Source: an uncultured Marinoscillum sp.
Lineage (GTDB): Bacteria > Bacteroidota > Bacteroidia > Cytophagales > MED-G16
Assembly (NCBI GenBank): GCA_964467915.1
Contig: CAYXSW010000004.1
Coordinates: 4,476-68,475 of the forward strand
DNA: 64,000 nt
Direction of reading: 5' to 3'
The translations under genes were made by a program, and so were the position numbers. Under the pieces are notes generated by a model. That model did not search any database, was not told the DNA's origin, and saw only the letters and a list, made by a program, of their open reading frames with translations. This document shows positions 48,104 through 57,111 of this stretch, one piece after another (the first letter of the stretch is position 1; each line of letters opens with the position of its first letter).

Positions 48104-48908
48104 TTAGTTTAAAATGTGATTTTTCTGAAAAAGTATGTATTAAACTAAAATTATTCTCTGACAATAAATTTGATCGTGATATTAATTTTAATCTTTTTGG
48201 TTTTCCAAAAAATCTTTTAATAAATCTTAAATTCATAGGAAAGAAGTATTTTTCAGACACATAGAATTTTTCGTATCCAAAAGATTTAAGAATTTCAATA
48301 ATCTTTTTTCTTGATATAGCTTTAGAATTTAATTCAAAGGAAATAATTGGCAAATTTTTAATAATTGATTTTTGCATACTTAGTAAAACCTTTTCTTCAT
48401 TCCCTTCAACATCAATTTTTATATAACTTATTTTATCATTATGGTTTTCATCATAAACTTTAAAATTTACTTTTTCATAATAACCAGATAAATCTTTAGT
48501 TGACTCATTAGCCATTCCTGAATTTGAAAAAGGAATATAAAATTTGGAATCATAACTTCTTAAATCTAAACCATAATTAAATACTTCTATACTAGAATAA
48601 TCTTCGGTATTAATTTTTAAAATTTTAAAAATTTTTTTTTGAGGTTCAAATGCTTTTATACCCTTAAAATAATTCTTAAAAAACAGTGTATGATTCCCAA
48701 TATTGGCGCCAACATCTATGAATATTTTTTTTTTAACATTACTATTAAAATGATTTTTTAAAAGAACAATCTCATCTTTTTCATAATAATTATTAAATAA
48801 AATATTTAGACCTATCCAATCATTTAATATTACAATCTGTGAATTAGATTTATTTATTTTTTTTTGCAAAATATTTATAAATAATTCTTTTAAAATTCTA
48901 TAAAACAT
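48096..48908 (-). CDS. FkbM-family methyltransferase
   Basis: FIDVGANIGNHTLFF...AFEPQKKIFKILKIN motif. 8-nt overlap with the GT4 gene. Confidence 0.75.
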   Translation of the reverse strand: MFYRILKELFINILQKKINKSNSQIVILNDWIGLNILFNNYYEKDEIVLLKNHFNSNVKKKIFIDVGANIGNHTLFFKNYFKGIKAFEPQKKIFKILKINTEDYSSIEVFNYGLDLRSYDSKFYIPFSNSGMANESTKDLSGYYEKVNFKVYDENHNDKISYIKIDVEGNEEKVLLSMQKSIIKNLPIISFELNSKAISRKKIIEILKSFGYEKFYVSEKYFFPMNLRFIKRFFGKPKRLKLISRSNLLSENNFSLIHTFSEKSHFKLNV

Positions 48909-48952
48909 AAATTATATCTTTAAAAATAAACAATCAAAATAATTAATCTTAA

Positions 48953-48960
48953 TAGATTTG
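48953..48960 (+). promoter_or_regulatory. TAnnTTTG box (TAGATTTG) upstream of the DUF1343 gene
   Basis: Exact motif 24 nt upstream of ATG 48985. Confidence 0.35.
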
Positions 48961-48984
48961 AAATGTTTTAAAAATTAAGAAACA

Positions 48985-50148
48985 ATGAAAAATATTCTAA
49001 TGTTGATTTTTCTATTTTTCTTTTTCCAAGTTAAATCAGAAAATAAAAATATAAAGGTTGGAGCAGAAAAAATACATAATTACAATAGTTTTATTTCTGG
49101 TAAGAAAATTGGCCTACTAGTAAATCATACTTCAATGGTAGAAAACAGACATCTTATTGATACATTGTTTTCTTTAAATATTAATATTAAAAAAATTTTT
49201 AGTCCAGAACACGGTTTTACTGGAAAAATTGAAAGAGGAAAAACTGTAAATGGGGATACATTACTTATTAATTCTCTTAAAATCCCAATTATTTCAATGT
49301 ATGGAAAAAATAGGATCCCAACTGATTCTGATTTAAATGGGTTAGATATTATAATTTTTGATATTCAGGACGTGGGAGCAAGATTTTACACATATATAAG
49401 TGCTATGCATAACATGATGCAAAAATGTGCTGATTTAGGAATTAAATTTCTTGTTTTAGATAGACCAAATCCTAATGGCAATTATATTGATGGACCTGTT
49501 CTTGATACACTTTACCGTTCATATGTTGGTATGCACCCTATACCAATTGTCCATGGTTGTACAGTTGGTGAACTTGCTATGATGATTAAAGGAGAAAAAT
49601 GGATAGATAATGCTGAAAAATTGGATTTAGAAATAATAAAAATTGATAATTGGAATCATAATGATGAATATATATTACCAATCAGACCATCTCCTAATTT
49701 ACCAAATCAACAATCTATTATACTTTACCCCTCATTATGTCTCTTTGAACAGACTATTGTAAGTATAGGAAGAGGTACAGATTATCCTTTCCAAGTAATT
49801 GGACATCCCCATTACAAAGAAAAAAAATTTTCATTTTTTCCTAAAAGCGTGAGTGAAGAAAGTAGACCTAAATTCGAGGGAGAAGACGTTTTTGGTGTTG
49901 ATCTTAGAATTAATGAAGCAAAAAGAGAATTAAATATTAAATATCTGATTGACTTTTACAATAATTTAAAAGATAATAAAAATGAATTTTTTGGAAAATA
50001 CTTTTATAGAATTGCAGGAAATAAAAAATTAGAAATACAAATTAAAAAAGGTTTAAGTGAAAAAGAGATAAGAACCACATGGGAAAAGGACCTCATTGAA
50101 TATAAAGAAATGAGAAAAGAATACTTATTATACAAAGATTTTGAATAG
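48985..50148 (+). CDS. DUF1343 family protein (NamZ-like exo-beta-N-acetylmuramidase)
   Basis: VGLLVNHTS, FSPEHGF, FDIQDVGARFYTYIS and LDRPNP motifs. Confidence 0.8.
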   Translation: MKNILMLIFLFFFFQVKSENKNIKVGAEKIHNYNSFISGKKIGLLVNHTSMVENRHLIDTLFSLNINIKKIFSPEHGFTGKIERGKTVNGDTLLINSLKIPIISMYGKNRIPTDSDLNGLDIIIFDIQDVGARFYTYISAMHNMMQKCADLGIKFLVLDRPNPNGNYIDGPVLDTLYRSYVGMHPIPIVHGCTVGELAMMIKGEKWIDNAEKLDLEIIKIDNWNHNDEYILPIRPSPNLPNQQSIILYPSLCLFEQTIVSIGRGTDYPFQVIGHPHYKEKKFSFFPKSVSEESRPKFEGEDVFGVDLRINEAKRELNIKYLIDFYNNLKDNKNEFFGKYFYRIAGNKKLEIQIKKGLSEKEIRTTWEKDLIEYKEMRKEYLLYKDFE

Positions 50149-51063
50149 ATGAAGAAGAAATCAATCTTATTTATGGGAACTCCTGAATTTGCAGTGAAAT
50201 CATTAGAATGTTTAGTTAATAATAATTATAATCTTGTTGGTGTCATAACAGCATTAGACAAAGGAAGAGGAAGAGGAAGAAAAATCAAATTTTCAGCTGT
50301 TAAAGAGTATGCTTTAAAAAAAGAAATTCCACTTTTTCAACCTATAAGCTTAAAAGATCAAAATTTTATTGATAAAATAAAAAATTTAAAGGCTGATATT
50401 TTTGTTGTAGTAGCGTTTAGAATTTTACCTAAAGAAATTATTGATTTACCTAGACTAGGCTGCATAAATCTTCACGCATCCTTATTACCTGAATACAGAG
50501 GCGCAGCACCTATTAATTGGGTAATAATTAATGGAGAAAAAGAAACGGGTGTCACAACATTTTATATTAATTCTAAAATCGATGAGGGAGATATTATAAA
50601 TTCTAAAAAAATAAAAATAGAGAATGATGAGAATGCAGGAACATTACACGATAAATTAATGACATTAGGTTCACAACTAGTTCTCGATTCAGTTAAAAAT
50701 ATTTTTTTTGGAAAAATTAAAAAGAAGAAACAAATAATTTCAATAAATGATAAATTAGCACCAAAAATAAATAAAGAAACTTGTTTAATTGACCTAAATA
50801 AAAGTGCAAATAAGATAATTAAGTTAATTAATGGACTAAGTCCCTACCCTGGAGCTAGAATTATTTTTAAGAATAAAAATTACAAAATTTTGAAAGCAAG
50901 AAAATCAAATACTTATCATAATAATAGAGAACAAATGTTTGAAATTGACAATAAAATCGTTTTAAATAACAATTTAGGTGAAAGTATTGATCTTTTAATG
51001 ATTCAAGCTGAAGGCAAGAAAGTAATGTCTTCATCTGATTTTATAAGGGGAAATAAAATATGA
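50149..51063 (+). CDS. fmt: Methionyl-tRNA formyltransferase
   Basis: FMGTPEFAV and INLHASLLPEYRGAAPINW. Confidence 0.95.
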   Translation: MKKKSILFMGTPEFAVKSLECLVNNNYNLVGVITALDKGRGRGRKIKFSAVKEYALKKEIPLFQPISLKDQNFIDKIKNLKADIFVVVAFRILPKEIIDLPRLGCINLHASLLPEYRGAAPINWVIINGEKETGVTTFYINSKIDEGDIINSKKIKIENDENAGTLHDKLMTLGSQLVLDSVKNIFFGKIKKKKQIISINDKLAPKINKETCLIDLNKSANKIIKLINGLSPYPGARIIFKNKNYKILKARKSNTYHNNREQMFEIDNKIVLNNNLGESIDLLMIQAEGKKVMSSSDFIRGNKI

Positions 51064-51566
51064 AAAATATATCAATGATTGTTGCTGTATCACAAAATCA
51101 AGTTATAGGGAAAAATAACAAACTAGCTTGGAATCTACCTGATGATATGAGTTATTTTAGCAATATGACTCAAGGTCATTCGGTTATAATGGGCAGAAAA
51201 AATTGGGAATCGATCCCAAAAAAATACAGACCTCTTCCCAATAGAAAAAATATAGTTGTAACTAGAAATAATAATTTTAGAGGTAAAGGAGCAGTAGTTG
51301 TTAATTCTATTGAGAAAGCTATTGAAGAATCTAGAGTATCAGAAGATGAAGAAATTTTTATTATTGGTGGTGGTGAAATATATAAGTTAGGTTTTGATTA
51401 TGTTGATAAAGTATATATTACTGAAATATATGCCAATATAAATGGAAATACATATTTCCCAAAATGGAATAAAAGTAATTGGTTAGAAATTAGCAGAATA
51501 TCTCATCCTAAGGATGAAAAACATGAATTTGACTTTGACTATGTAATTTATAAGAAAAGTGAATAA
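51060..51566 (+). CDS. folA: Dihydrofolate reductase
   Basis: ISMIVAVSQNQVIGKNNKLAWNLPDD, MGRKNWESIP and IGGGEIY. Confidence 0.95.
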   Translation: MKNISMIVAVSQNQVIGKNNKLAWNLPDDMSYFSNMTQGHSVIMGRKNWESIPKKYRPLPNRKNIVVTRNNNFRGKGAVVVNSIEKAIEESRVSEDEEIFIIGGGEIYKLGFDYVDKVYITEIYANINGNTYFPKWNKSNWLEISRISHPKDEKHEFDFDYVIYKKSE

Positions 51567-52809
51567 GATAACTTGCCAAATTATTACTATTGGAGATGAA
51601 ATTCTTTATGGTCATATTTTAGATACAAATTCGAAATGGTTAAGTCAAAAAATTATTGATTTAGGTATTACTGTTTCTAAAAAAACATCTATAGGAGATA
51701 ATAATCTCGATATTAACTATAATATCAAAAAATCAATTTCTAACTATAATCTCACAATTATAACAGGTGGACTAGGACCAACAAATGATGATATAACAAA
51801 AAATTGTTTAAATTATATTTTTGATGGAAAACTAGTATATGATAAAAAGACATTAAATCATATTAAAAAAAAATTTGAAGAAAGAAATTTTGATTTTACT
51901 CAAAAAAATAAAGACCAAGCACTAGTACCAAATAACTGCAAAGTTCTTTTCAATCAATATGGAACAGCTCCAGGAATGTCATTTGAAAAAAACAAAAATA
52001 TCCTTATCTCATTACCGGGTGTACCTTATGAAATGAAGAGTTTATTCGAAAATGAATGTGTTAACTTAATAAAGCAAAAATTTACTCTACCATTCATTTA
52101 TCACAGAATAATTAAGACTGTAGGGATTGGGGAGTCATGGCTCTCCGATAAAATTTCAAATTGGGAAAAAAATTTAGATGAAGATTTAAGCTTAGCTTAT
52201 TTACCTAGTATTGGGAGAGTGAAGCTACGTTTAACAGGAAAAGGTGATGATATATCTAAATTGAAACTAAAAGTAAAGAACGAGGAAAAAATTTTAATCA
52301 GCTTGATAAATAAATATATATATGGGTACGATAATGATGAATTAGAAAATGTTGTAGGCAATTTCCTTATTAAAACAAAGAAAACTATATCTGTAGCAGA
52401 AAGTTGTTCTGGAGGAAATATTTCGAGTCTAATTACTTCTGTCCCTGGAGCTTCTAAATATTTTACTGGAGGAATTGTAGCATATAGTAATAAAATAAAA
52501 ATAAATTGTTTAGGTGTAAGTAAAAACATACTAAATAAATATGGAGCAGTTTCAAAAGAGGTAGCAGAACAGATGGCAAAAAATGTAAGAATTAAGTTTA
52601 ATTCTTCAATTGGAATTTCCTCAACAGGGATTGCTGGGCCTGGCGGAGGGACAATAGAAAAACCAGTTGGTACGATTTGGATTGCATTTTCAGATAAAGA
52701 AAAAACTATTAGCAAAAAACTAATTCTGACGAAAAGAAGAGATGTCAATACAGTTTTAACGACAATAAATGCACTAAATCTTTTAAGAAAAAATTTAAAA
52801 ATAAATTGA
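51559..52809 (+). CDS. cinA: CinA family protein (MoCF-binding domain plus nicotinamide-nucleotide amidohydrolase PncC domain)
   Basis: 416 aa with GTG start. IITIGDEILYG..DTNS, TGGLGPTNDD and C-terminal AESCSGG...STGIAGPGGG. Confidence 0.9.
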   Translation: MNKITCQIITIGDEILYGHILDTNSKWLSQKIIDLGITVSKKTSIGDNNLDINYNIKKSISNYNLTIITGGLGPTNDDITKNCLNYIFDGKLVYDKKTLNHIKKKFEERNFDFTQKNKDQALVPNNCKVLFNQYGTAPGMSFEKNKNILISLPGVPYEMKSLFENECVNLIKQKFTLPFIYHRIIKTVGIGESWLSDKISNWEKNLDEDLSLAYLPSIGRVKLRLTGKGDDISKLKLKVKNEEKILISLINKYIYGYDNDELENVVGNFLIKTKKTISVAESCSGGNISSLITSVPGASKYFTGGIVAYSNKIKINCLGVSKNILNKYGAVSKEVAEQMAKNVRIKFNSSIGISSTGIAGPGGGTIEKPVGTIWIAFSDKEKTISKKLILTKRRDVNTVLTTINALNLLRKNLKIN

Positions 52810-53550
52810 AAAAGAGAATGTTAATACCTTAAAATTACCATCTCTTCTTATAGTATTATTAGATTGATCAATAGGAAACCCGACTAGATCCCAGTCCCAC
52901 AACCAAAAATTATGTTCGGACTCATAATTTTGGATCATATAACCAATATTAAATGAAATATGCCTTCTCTTAAATGATTTTTTAATACCAAAACTTGGGT
53001 TTATAAAAAAACCTCCATCAGTTGAAATATAGTCATTAGAACCTAGATCTTTTCCAAGTGAAAAACCTATTTTATTAAATAAATATATTCTATAATTAAC
53101 TGATTTATTAAAAGGTAAAATATCATAACTATTTGTTAAAAAAATAGGGAAAAAATTAATCTGATCTATAGTAGAAATTCCTGTACCAACTCCTATATTT
53201 AAAAGATTTTTATTTACTAAACCTTTTGAAAGGAATAAGCTCCCATGAGATCCATAAGGACTAAAAATTAGACCAGCTTCAAAATTATTCCAACTCTTTT
53301 TTTGGAAATTATAAAATTCTTGAATTTTATTTATTTTGAGTTTAATATTTCTTTTAGAACTAAAGCGAAGAGTATCATTAATTTTTGGGAAATAAAAAGT
53401 AAGGTATCCTGAATCTGGATTTCTAATATCTAAACCTGAATAATTAATCAACTTGCCTTTATACCTAACCCCATCAATGATGAGTAGATCTTTGTTTTGT
53501 GAGAATAATGAAGTAGAAATAAATAAAAAAATAAAAAATATATTTTTCAT
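52795..53550 (-). CDS. Hypothetical outer-membrane beta-barrel-like protein
   Basis: 251 aa with signal peptide. G/S/N/F/Y-rich alternating pattern and a C-terminal F (FSFSIYF) typical of OMPs. Confidence 0.45.
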   Translation of the reverse strand: MKNIFFIFLFISTSLFSQNKDLLIIDGVRYKGKLINYSGLDIRNPDSGYLTFYFPKINDTLRFSSKRNIKLKINKIQEFYNFQKKSWNNFEAGLIFSPYGSHGSLFLSKGLVNKNLLNIGVGTGISTIDQINFFPIFLTNSYDILPFNKSVNYRIYLFNKIGFSLGKDLGSNDYISTDGGFFINPSFGIKKSFKRRHISFNIGYMIQNYESEHNFWLWDWDLVGFPIDQSNNTIRRDGNFKVLTFSFSIYF

Positions 53551-53552
53551 TT

Positions 53553-54335
53553 TTATAGGTTCTTAATTGGAATGGTGCTTATATATTCAATTTCACCAAG
53601 ATCACAATCATAATTATATTGGTGAAATCCATCTGAACCTATAACCATTAAGACATCCATAAAAGGGATGACATCTATTGAGCTAATGTCTTTAAAATGT
53701 TTTTTTAATATGATATCATCAAGGTTAGTTATATCATACATTTTTAAACCATACTCACCTTCTGTTATAAATAAACAATTATCATCAATTCCTAATCCAT
53801 GTGGATTTATCATAGGATAAGTTTTAAATAGGGATGGTTGCCCTAATTCAGATATATCAATTATATCTAATTGATTATTAAAATTCTGACACTCAGCACC
53901 TCCCCTTAAGGTAACATAAGCATAGTCATCTTGAACAACTACCGGATCACAACTTGTTATATGTTCATATGTAGATACCCAAGAAGGTTTTTCTTTTTTC
54001 TCTAAAGAATAAATATGCATCCCAGTCTGTGCCCCTACAAACAAATTATTATCATAAGGAAATATAGTTTCAACACCCCAACCAAGGTTAACTTCTTCTT
54101 TAAATTCTGGGTTAACTTGGTCAGTTATATCAAAAGACTTGAGAGCATATGAATCTACTGTGTAGAGATAGTCACCTACTATAGTAAATCTAGCCATTGA
54201 ACCTCCTATACCTGTTGTAGAGGAACCATCACCAGAAAAACCAGCCTCTCCCCCACTGTTTGATCTAATTATGTCACCTGATGATTCACAAGCTAAAATC
54301 AATACAACAAATATTAAATAATTTAAATTCTTCAT
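53553..54335 (-). CDS. LVIVD-repeat/beta-propeller-like lipoprotein
   Basis: Lipobox LILAC. GGSMARFTIVGDYLYTVD, repeated D(I/V)(T/S)-type strands (FDITD, IIDISE, MYDITN) and CDPVVV...YVTLRGG. Confidence 0.55.
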   Translation of the reverse strand: MKNLNYLIFVVLILACESSGDIIRSNSGGEAGFSGDGSSTTGIGGSMARFTIVGDYLYTVDSYALKSFDITDQVNPEFKEEVNLGWGVETIFPYDNNLFVGAQTGMHIYSLEKKEKPSWVSTYEHITSCDPVVVQDDYAYVTLRGGAECQNFNNQLDIIDISELGQPSLFKTYPMINPHGLGIDDNCLFITEGEYGLKMYDITNLDDIILKKHFKDISSIDVIPFMDVLMVIGSDGFHQYNYDCDLGEIEYISTIPIKNL

Positions 54336-54340
54336 TTTGT

Positions 54341-54865
54341 TTAATCAAATGCGTTATCACAGTCATAATTTTCTATATACTCTTCAACAACTTCTTCATC
54401 AAAACCAATAACTATACCTTGATCGTTGAATAGCCCTTGATTAGAATAATAATTTTCAAATGACCCCTCAATCCTATTTACTTCCTTTATTGTATTTATA
54501 TCTGAAATATCAAAAACAATTAAATCAAGGTAACTATCAGCATACAAATAGTCGCCTTTTGTAGCAAGGTCAAAGTTCCCTGGTAAAACTATAAATCCAA
54601 TGTTAATTGGGTTACTAATATTTTTATTATTTATTACATGAATTCCTTTCGAAGTCTCACTTATAAATAAATATCCTCCTTTATAATTTAATTTACCCGG
54701 GTTATTTATTTCTCTTGGTTCAACAAATTCTACTGAATCTCTTAACACCTCCATAGATGAATAGATAGGTTCTTGTTTAGTATATGTTCTATAATAATCA
54801 CACTTGTCTTGACAAGAAAAAAGAAGGAAAGAAAAGAAAAAAAATATGTAACTTGTTACTTTCAT
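54341..54865 (-). CDS. Lipoprotein related to the N-terminal part of the same LVIVD-like family
   Basis: Lipobox LLFSC. GYLFISETSKGIHVINN and DLIVFDISDINTIKE strands. Confidence 0.5.
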   Translation of the reverse strand: MKVTSYIFFFFSFLLFSCQDKCDYYRTYTKQEPIYSSMEVLRDSVEFVEPREINNPGKLNYKGGYLFISETSKGIHVINNKNISNPINIGFIVLPGNFDLATKGDYLYADSYLDLIVFDISDINTIKEVNRIEGSFENYYSNQGLFNDQGIVIGFDEEVVEEYIENYDCDNAFD

Positions 54866-54886
54866 TTACGATTTTAACGTACTATG

Positions 54887-54894
54887 CAAAGCTA
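54887..54894 (-). promoter_or_regulatory. TAnnTTTG box (TAGCTTTG on minus strand) upstream of the three-gene envelope operon
   Basis: Plus-strand CAAAGCTA, 21 nt upstream of the start codon at 54865. Confidence 0.35.
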
Positions 54895-54926
54895 TATTAT
54901 AATTATTTAATTAAATAATAAAGTAT

Positions 54927-56207
54927 ATGAATAAAGTGGATATGGTTATGCCTAAAATGGGCGAAAGCATAATGGAGGGAACCATTTTAAAGTGGTTAAA
55001 AAAAGAAGGAGATAGTATTAATGAAGACGAATCTGTTCTTGAGGTTGCTACAGACAAAGTAGACACTGAAATACCTTCTATTTGTACTGGGAAGATTTTA
55101 AAAATCCTAGTTAATGAAGGTGATGTTGTAGAAGTTGGTAAGCCTATTGCAGTAATTGAGACTTCAGATGAAGGTAGTTTTTCTGATACAAATTCATATG
55201 TTAAGGAATTAGAAAAAGATTTTAAAGAAATTAAAATTGATTATGCTTCTTCAGCTCAAAGTTCTACTATAAAAAAAGAATTAAAAAAATCAGATAAGTT
55301 TTATTCACCATTAGTTTTAAATATTGCCAGCAGAGAAAATATAACTTTAAATACTCTAGAGAATATAAAAGGTACTGGAGAAAACCAAAGAGTAACTAAA
55401 TATGATTTATTAAAATATTTAGAAGATAAAAATCAATCGACCGCACTTGAAAATAATTCTACTCCATTCAAAGAAGATATAATTTTAAAAGATGGTGAGG
55501 AATTAATAGAACCAGACAGGGTAAGAAAAATAATTGCCAGTAGAATGGTAGACTCAAAAAGAATATCTCCTCATGTGACATCTTTTGTTGAAGCAGATAT
55601 AACAAATGTTTTTAATGATAGGAATAAAATAAAAGATGATTTTCTTAATAAAAATGGATTCCCGTTGACCTTTAATCCTATTTTTATAAAATGTGTTACT
55701 GATGCTCTCAGAGATTTTCCTATGATGAACATTTCTTACATTAATGATAAGATTATAAAAAAAAATTACATTAATCTTGGAATTGCTGTTGCACTTGAGG
55801 ATGATAATTTAATTGTTCCTGTACTTAAAAATTCCGATAAGTTAAGTTTTATGGATTTAGTAAAAAATTCACACGAACTAATTGATAAAGCTAGAAATAA
55901 TAAATTATCTCCTGATGATTTAGACGGTGGAACATTCACTATTTCAAATGTGGGTTCATTTGGGAATGTTATGGGAACACCTATAATATTGCAACCTCAG
56001 GTTGGGATTCTAGCTATAGGTAGTATTAGAAAGATACCTTCTGTTGTTGAAACTAAAAACAGTGATAAAATTGAAATCAGAAATAAGTTATATTTATCTC
56101 ATGCATATGACCATAGAATAATTGATGGAGCAATTGGAGGAAAATTTGCACAAAAAATTGCTAATTATATTGAAAATTTTGACTTAATGTCTATTATTAC
56201 TTTATAA
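54927..56207 (+). CDS. 2-oxoacid dehydrogenase E2 component (dihydrolipoamide acyltransferase)
   Basis: Lipoyl domain (VLEVATDKVDTEIPS), peripheral-subunit-binding domain (SPLVLNIA...IKGTG...VTKYDLLKYL) and catalytic SHAYDHRIIDGA. Confidence 0.9.
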   Translation: MNKVDMVMPKMGESIMEGTILKWLKKEGDSINEDESVLEVATDKVDTEIPSICTGKILKILVNEGDVVEVGKPIAVIETSDEGSFSDTNSYVKELEKDFKEIKIDYASSAQSSTIKKELKKSDKFYSPLVLNIASRENITLNTLENIKGTGENQRVTKYDLLKYLEDKNQSTALENNSTPFKEDIILKDGEELIEPDRVRKIIASRMVDSKRISPHVTSFVEADITNVFNDRNKIKDDFLNKNGFPLTFNPIFIKCVTDALRDFPMMNISYINDKIIKKNYINLGIAVALEDDNLIVPVLKNSDKLSFMDLVKNSHELIDKARNNKLSPDDLDGGTFTISNVGSFGNVMGTPIILQPQVGILAIGSIRKIPSVVETKNSDKIEIRNKLYLSHAYDHRIIDGAIGGKFAQKIANYIENFDLMSIITL

Positions 56208-56215
56208 TTAGGAAA

Positions 56216-56629
56216 ATGTCATCAAAAGAAACATTTAAAAGAAGTTTTTTAAAAACTTTAACTTGGAGAGTTGTTGCATCTTTAGATACAGCTGCTCTTA
56301 CATGGTTGTTTTCTGGAGATGTATTAATAGGTCTCAAGGTTGGTGGAATGGAGATCGTAACAAAATTATTTATATATTTTTTTCATGAAAGAGCATGGAG
56401 AATAGGTTGGAATAAACAGTCTGATAGGTTTCATCACTCCAAGAGAAGAAGTCTGTATAAGGCTTTTACATATAGAACAATAGGGACACTTGATACATTT
56501 TTCTTAGCATGGTGGTTTACTGGATCTCCTTTAACAGGAGGTTATGTTGCTATTGCTGAAATATTCACTAAAATATTTATATACTATGTCCATGAAAGAA
56601 TATGGGACAGACAAAAATTAGGCAATTAA
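56216..56629 (+). CDS. DUF2061 family membrane protein (internally duplicated)
   Basis: Two about 55-aa repeats each ending in ...TK(L/I)FIY(F/Y)(F/V)HER(A/I)W. Confidence 0.65.
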   Translation: MSSKETFKRSFLKTLTWRVVASLDTAALTWLFSGDVLIGLKVGGMEIVTKLFIYFFHERAWRIGWNKQSDRFHHSKRRSLYKAFTYRTIGTLDTFFLAWWFTGSPLTGGYVAIAEIFTKIFIYYVHERIWDRQKLGN

Positions 56630-57111
56630 CATCTTTCCTAGGTCTAGGCTCTAATCTTGGAAATAGGAAGAAGAATCTAGATAGTGCTATTAGTCACTTA
56701 AAATCCAAAGCCGGAAGTATTGTGAAGGCATCAGAAGTATATGAATCTGAGCCTTGGGGATTAAAAAATCAAAATTTTTATCTTAACCAAGTTATTGAAT
56801 TAAAAACATCCATGTCTCCAAAAAATTTACTAAAATGTTGTAAGAGCATAGAAAATAAAATGGGAAGATCTAGGTCAATTAAATGGGGAGAAAGAAATAT
56901 TGATATTGATATATTATATTTTTCAGAAATAATTTTAAATGAGGATAATTTAACAATACCTCATCCATTAATTCAAGAAAGAAAATTTGTCTTAGTCCCC
57001 TTGAATGAATTAAGTAAAAATTTTATTCATCCAATTTTTAAAAAAACAAATCATGAAATTCTAAAAAATTCTAAGGATAATAGTAAAATTTATTTATATG
57101 GAAATAAATGA
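56602..57111 (+). CDS. folK: 2-amino-4-hydroxy-6-hydroxymethyldihydropteridine diphosphokinase
   Basis: LGLGSNLGNR, WGERNIDIDIL and PHPLIQERKFVLVPL. Confidence 0.9.
   Translation: MGQTKIRQLTSFLGLGSNLGNRKKNLDSAISHLKSKAGSIVKASEVYESEPWGLKNQNFYLNQVIELKTSMSPKNLLKCCKSIENKMGRSRSIKWGERNIDIDILYFSEIILNEDNLTIPHPLIQERKFVLVPLNELSKNFIHPIFKKTNHEILKNSKDNSKIYLYGNK

Noticed and set aside
52197-52748. A 183-aa ORF antisense to cinA.
   Set aside because: It is long, but it overlaps the conserved PncC domain of CinA (AESCSGG...STGIAGPGGG). Its translation is proline/phenylalanine-rich mirror sequence with no signal or motif, so it is most likely a shadow ORF.
53553-54865. The possibility that the two LVIVD-like ORFs are one gene broken by a frameshift (a pseudogene).
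   Set aside because: Both ORFs begin with their own complete lipoprotein signal (LLFSC and LILAC) and are separated by a clean 5-nt spacer. This favours two functional genes. It remains listed as a check in the findings.
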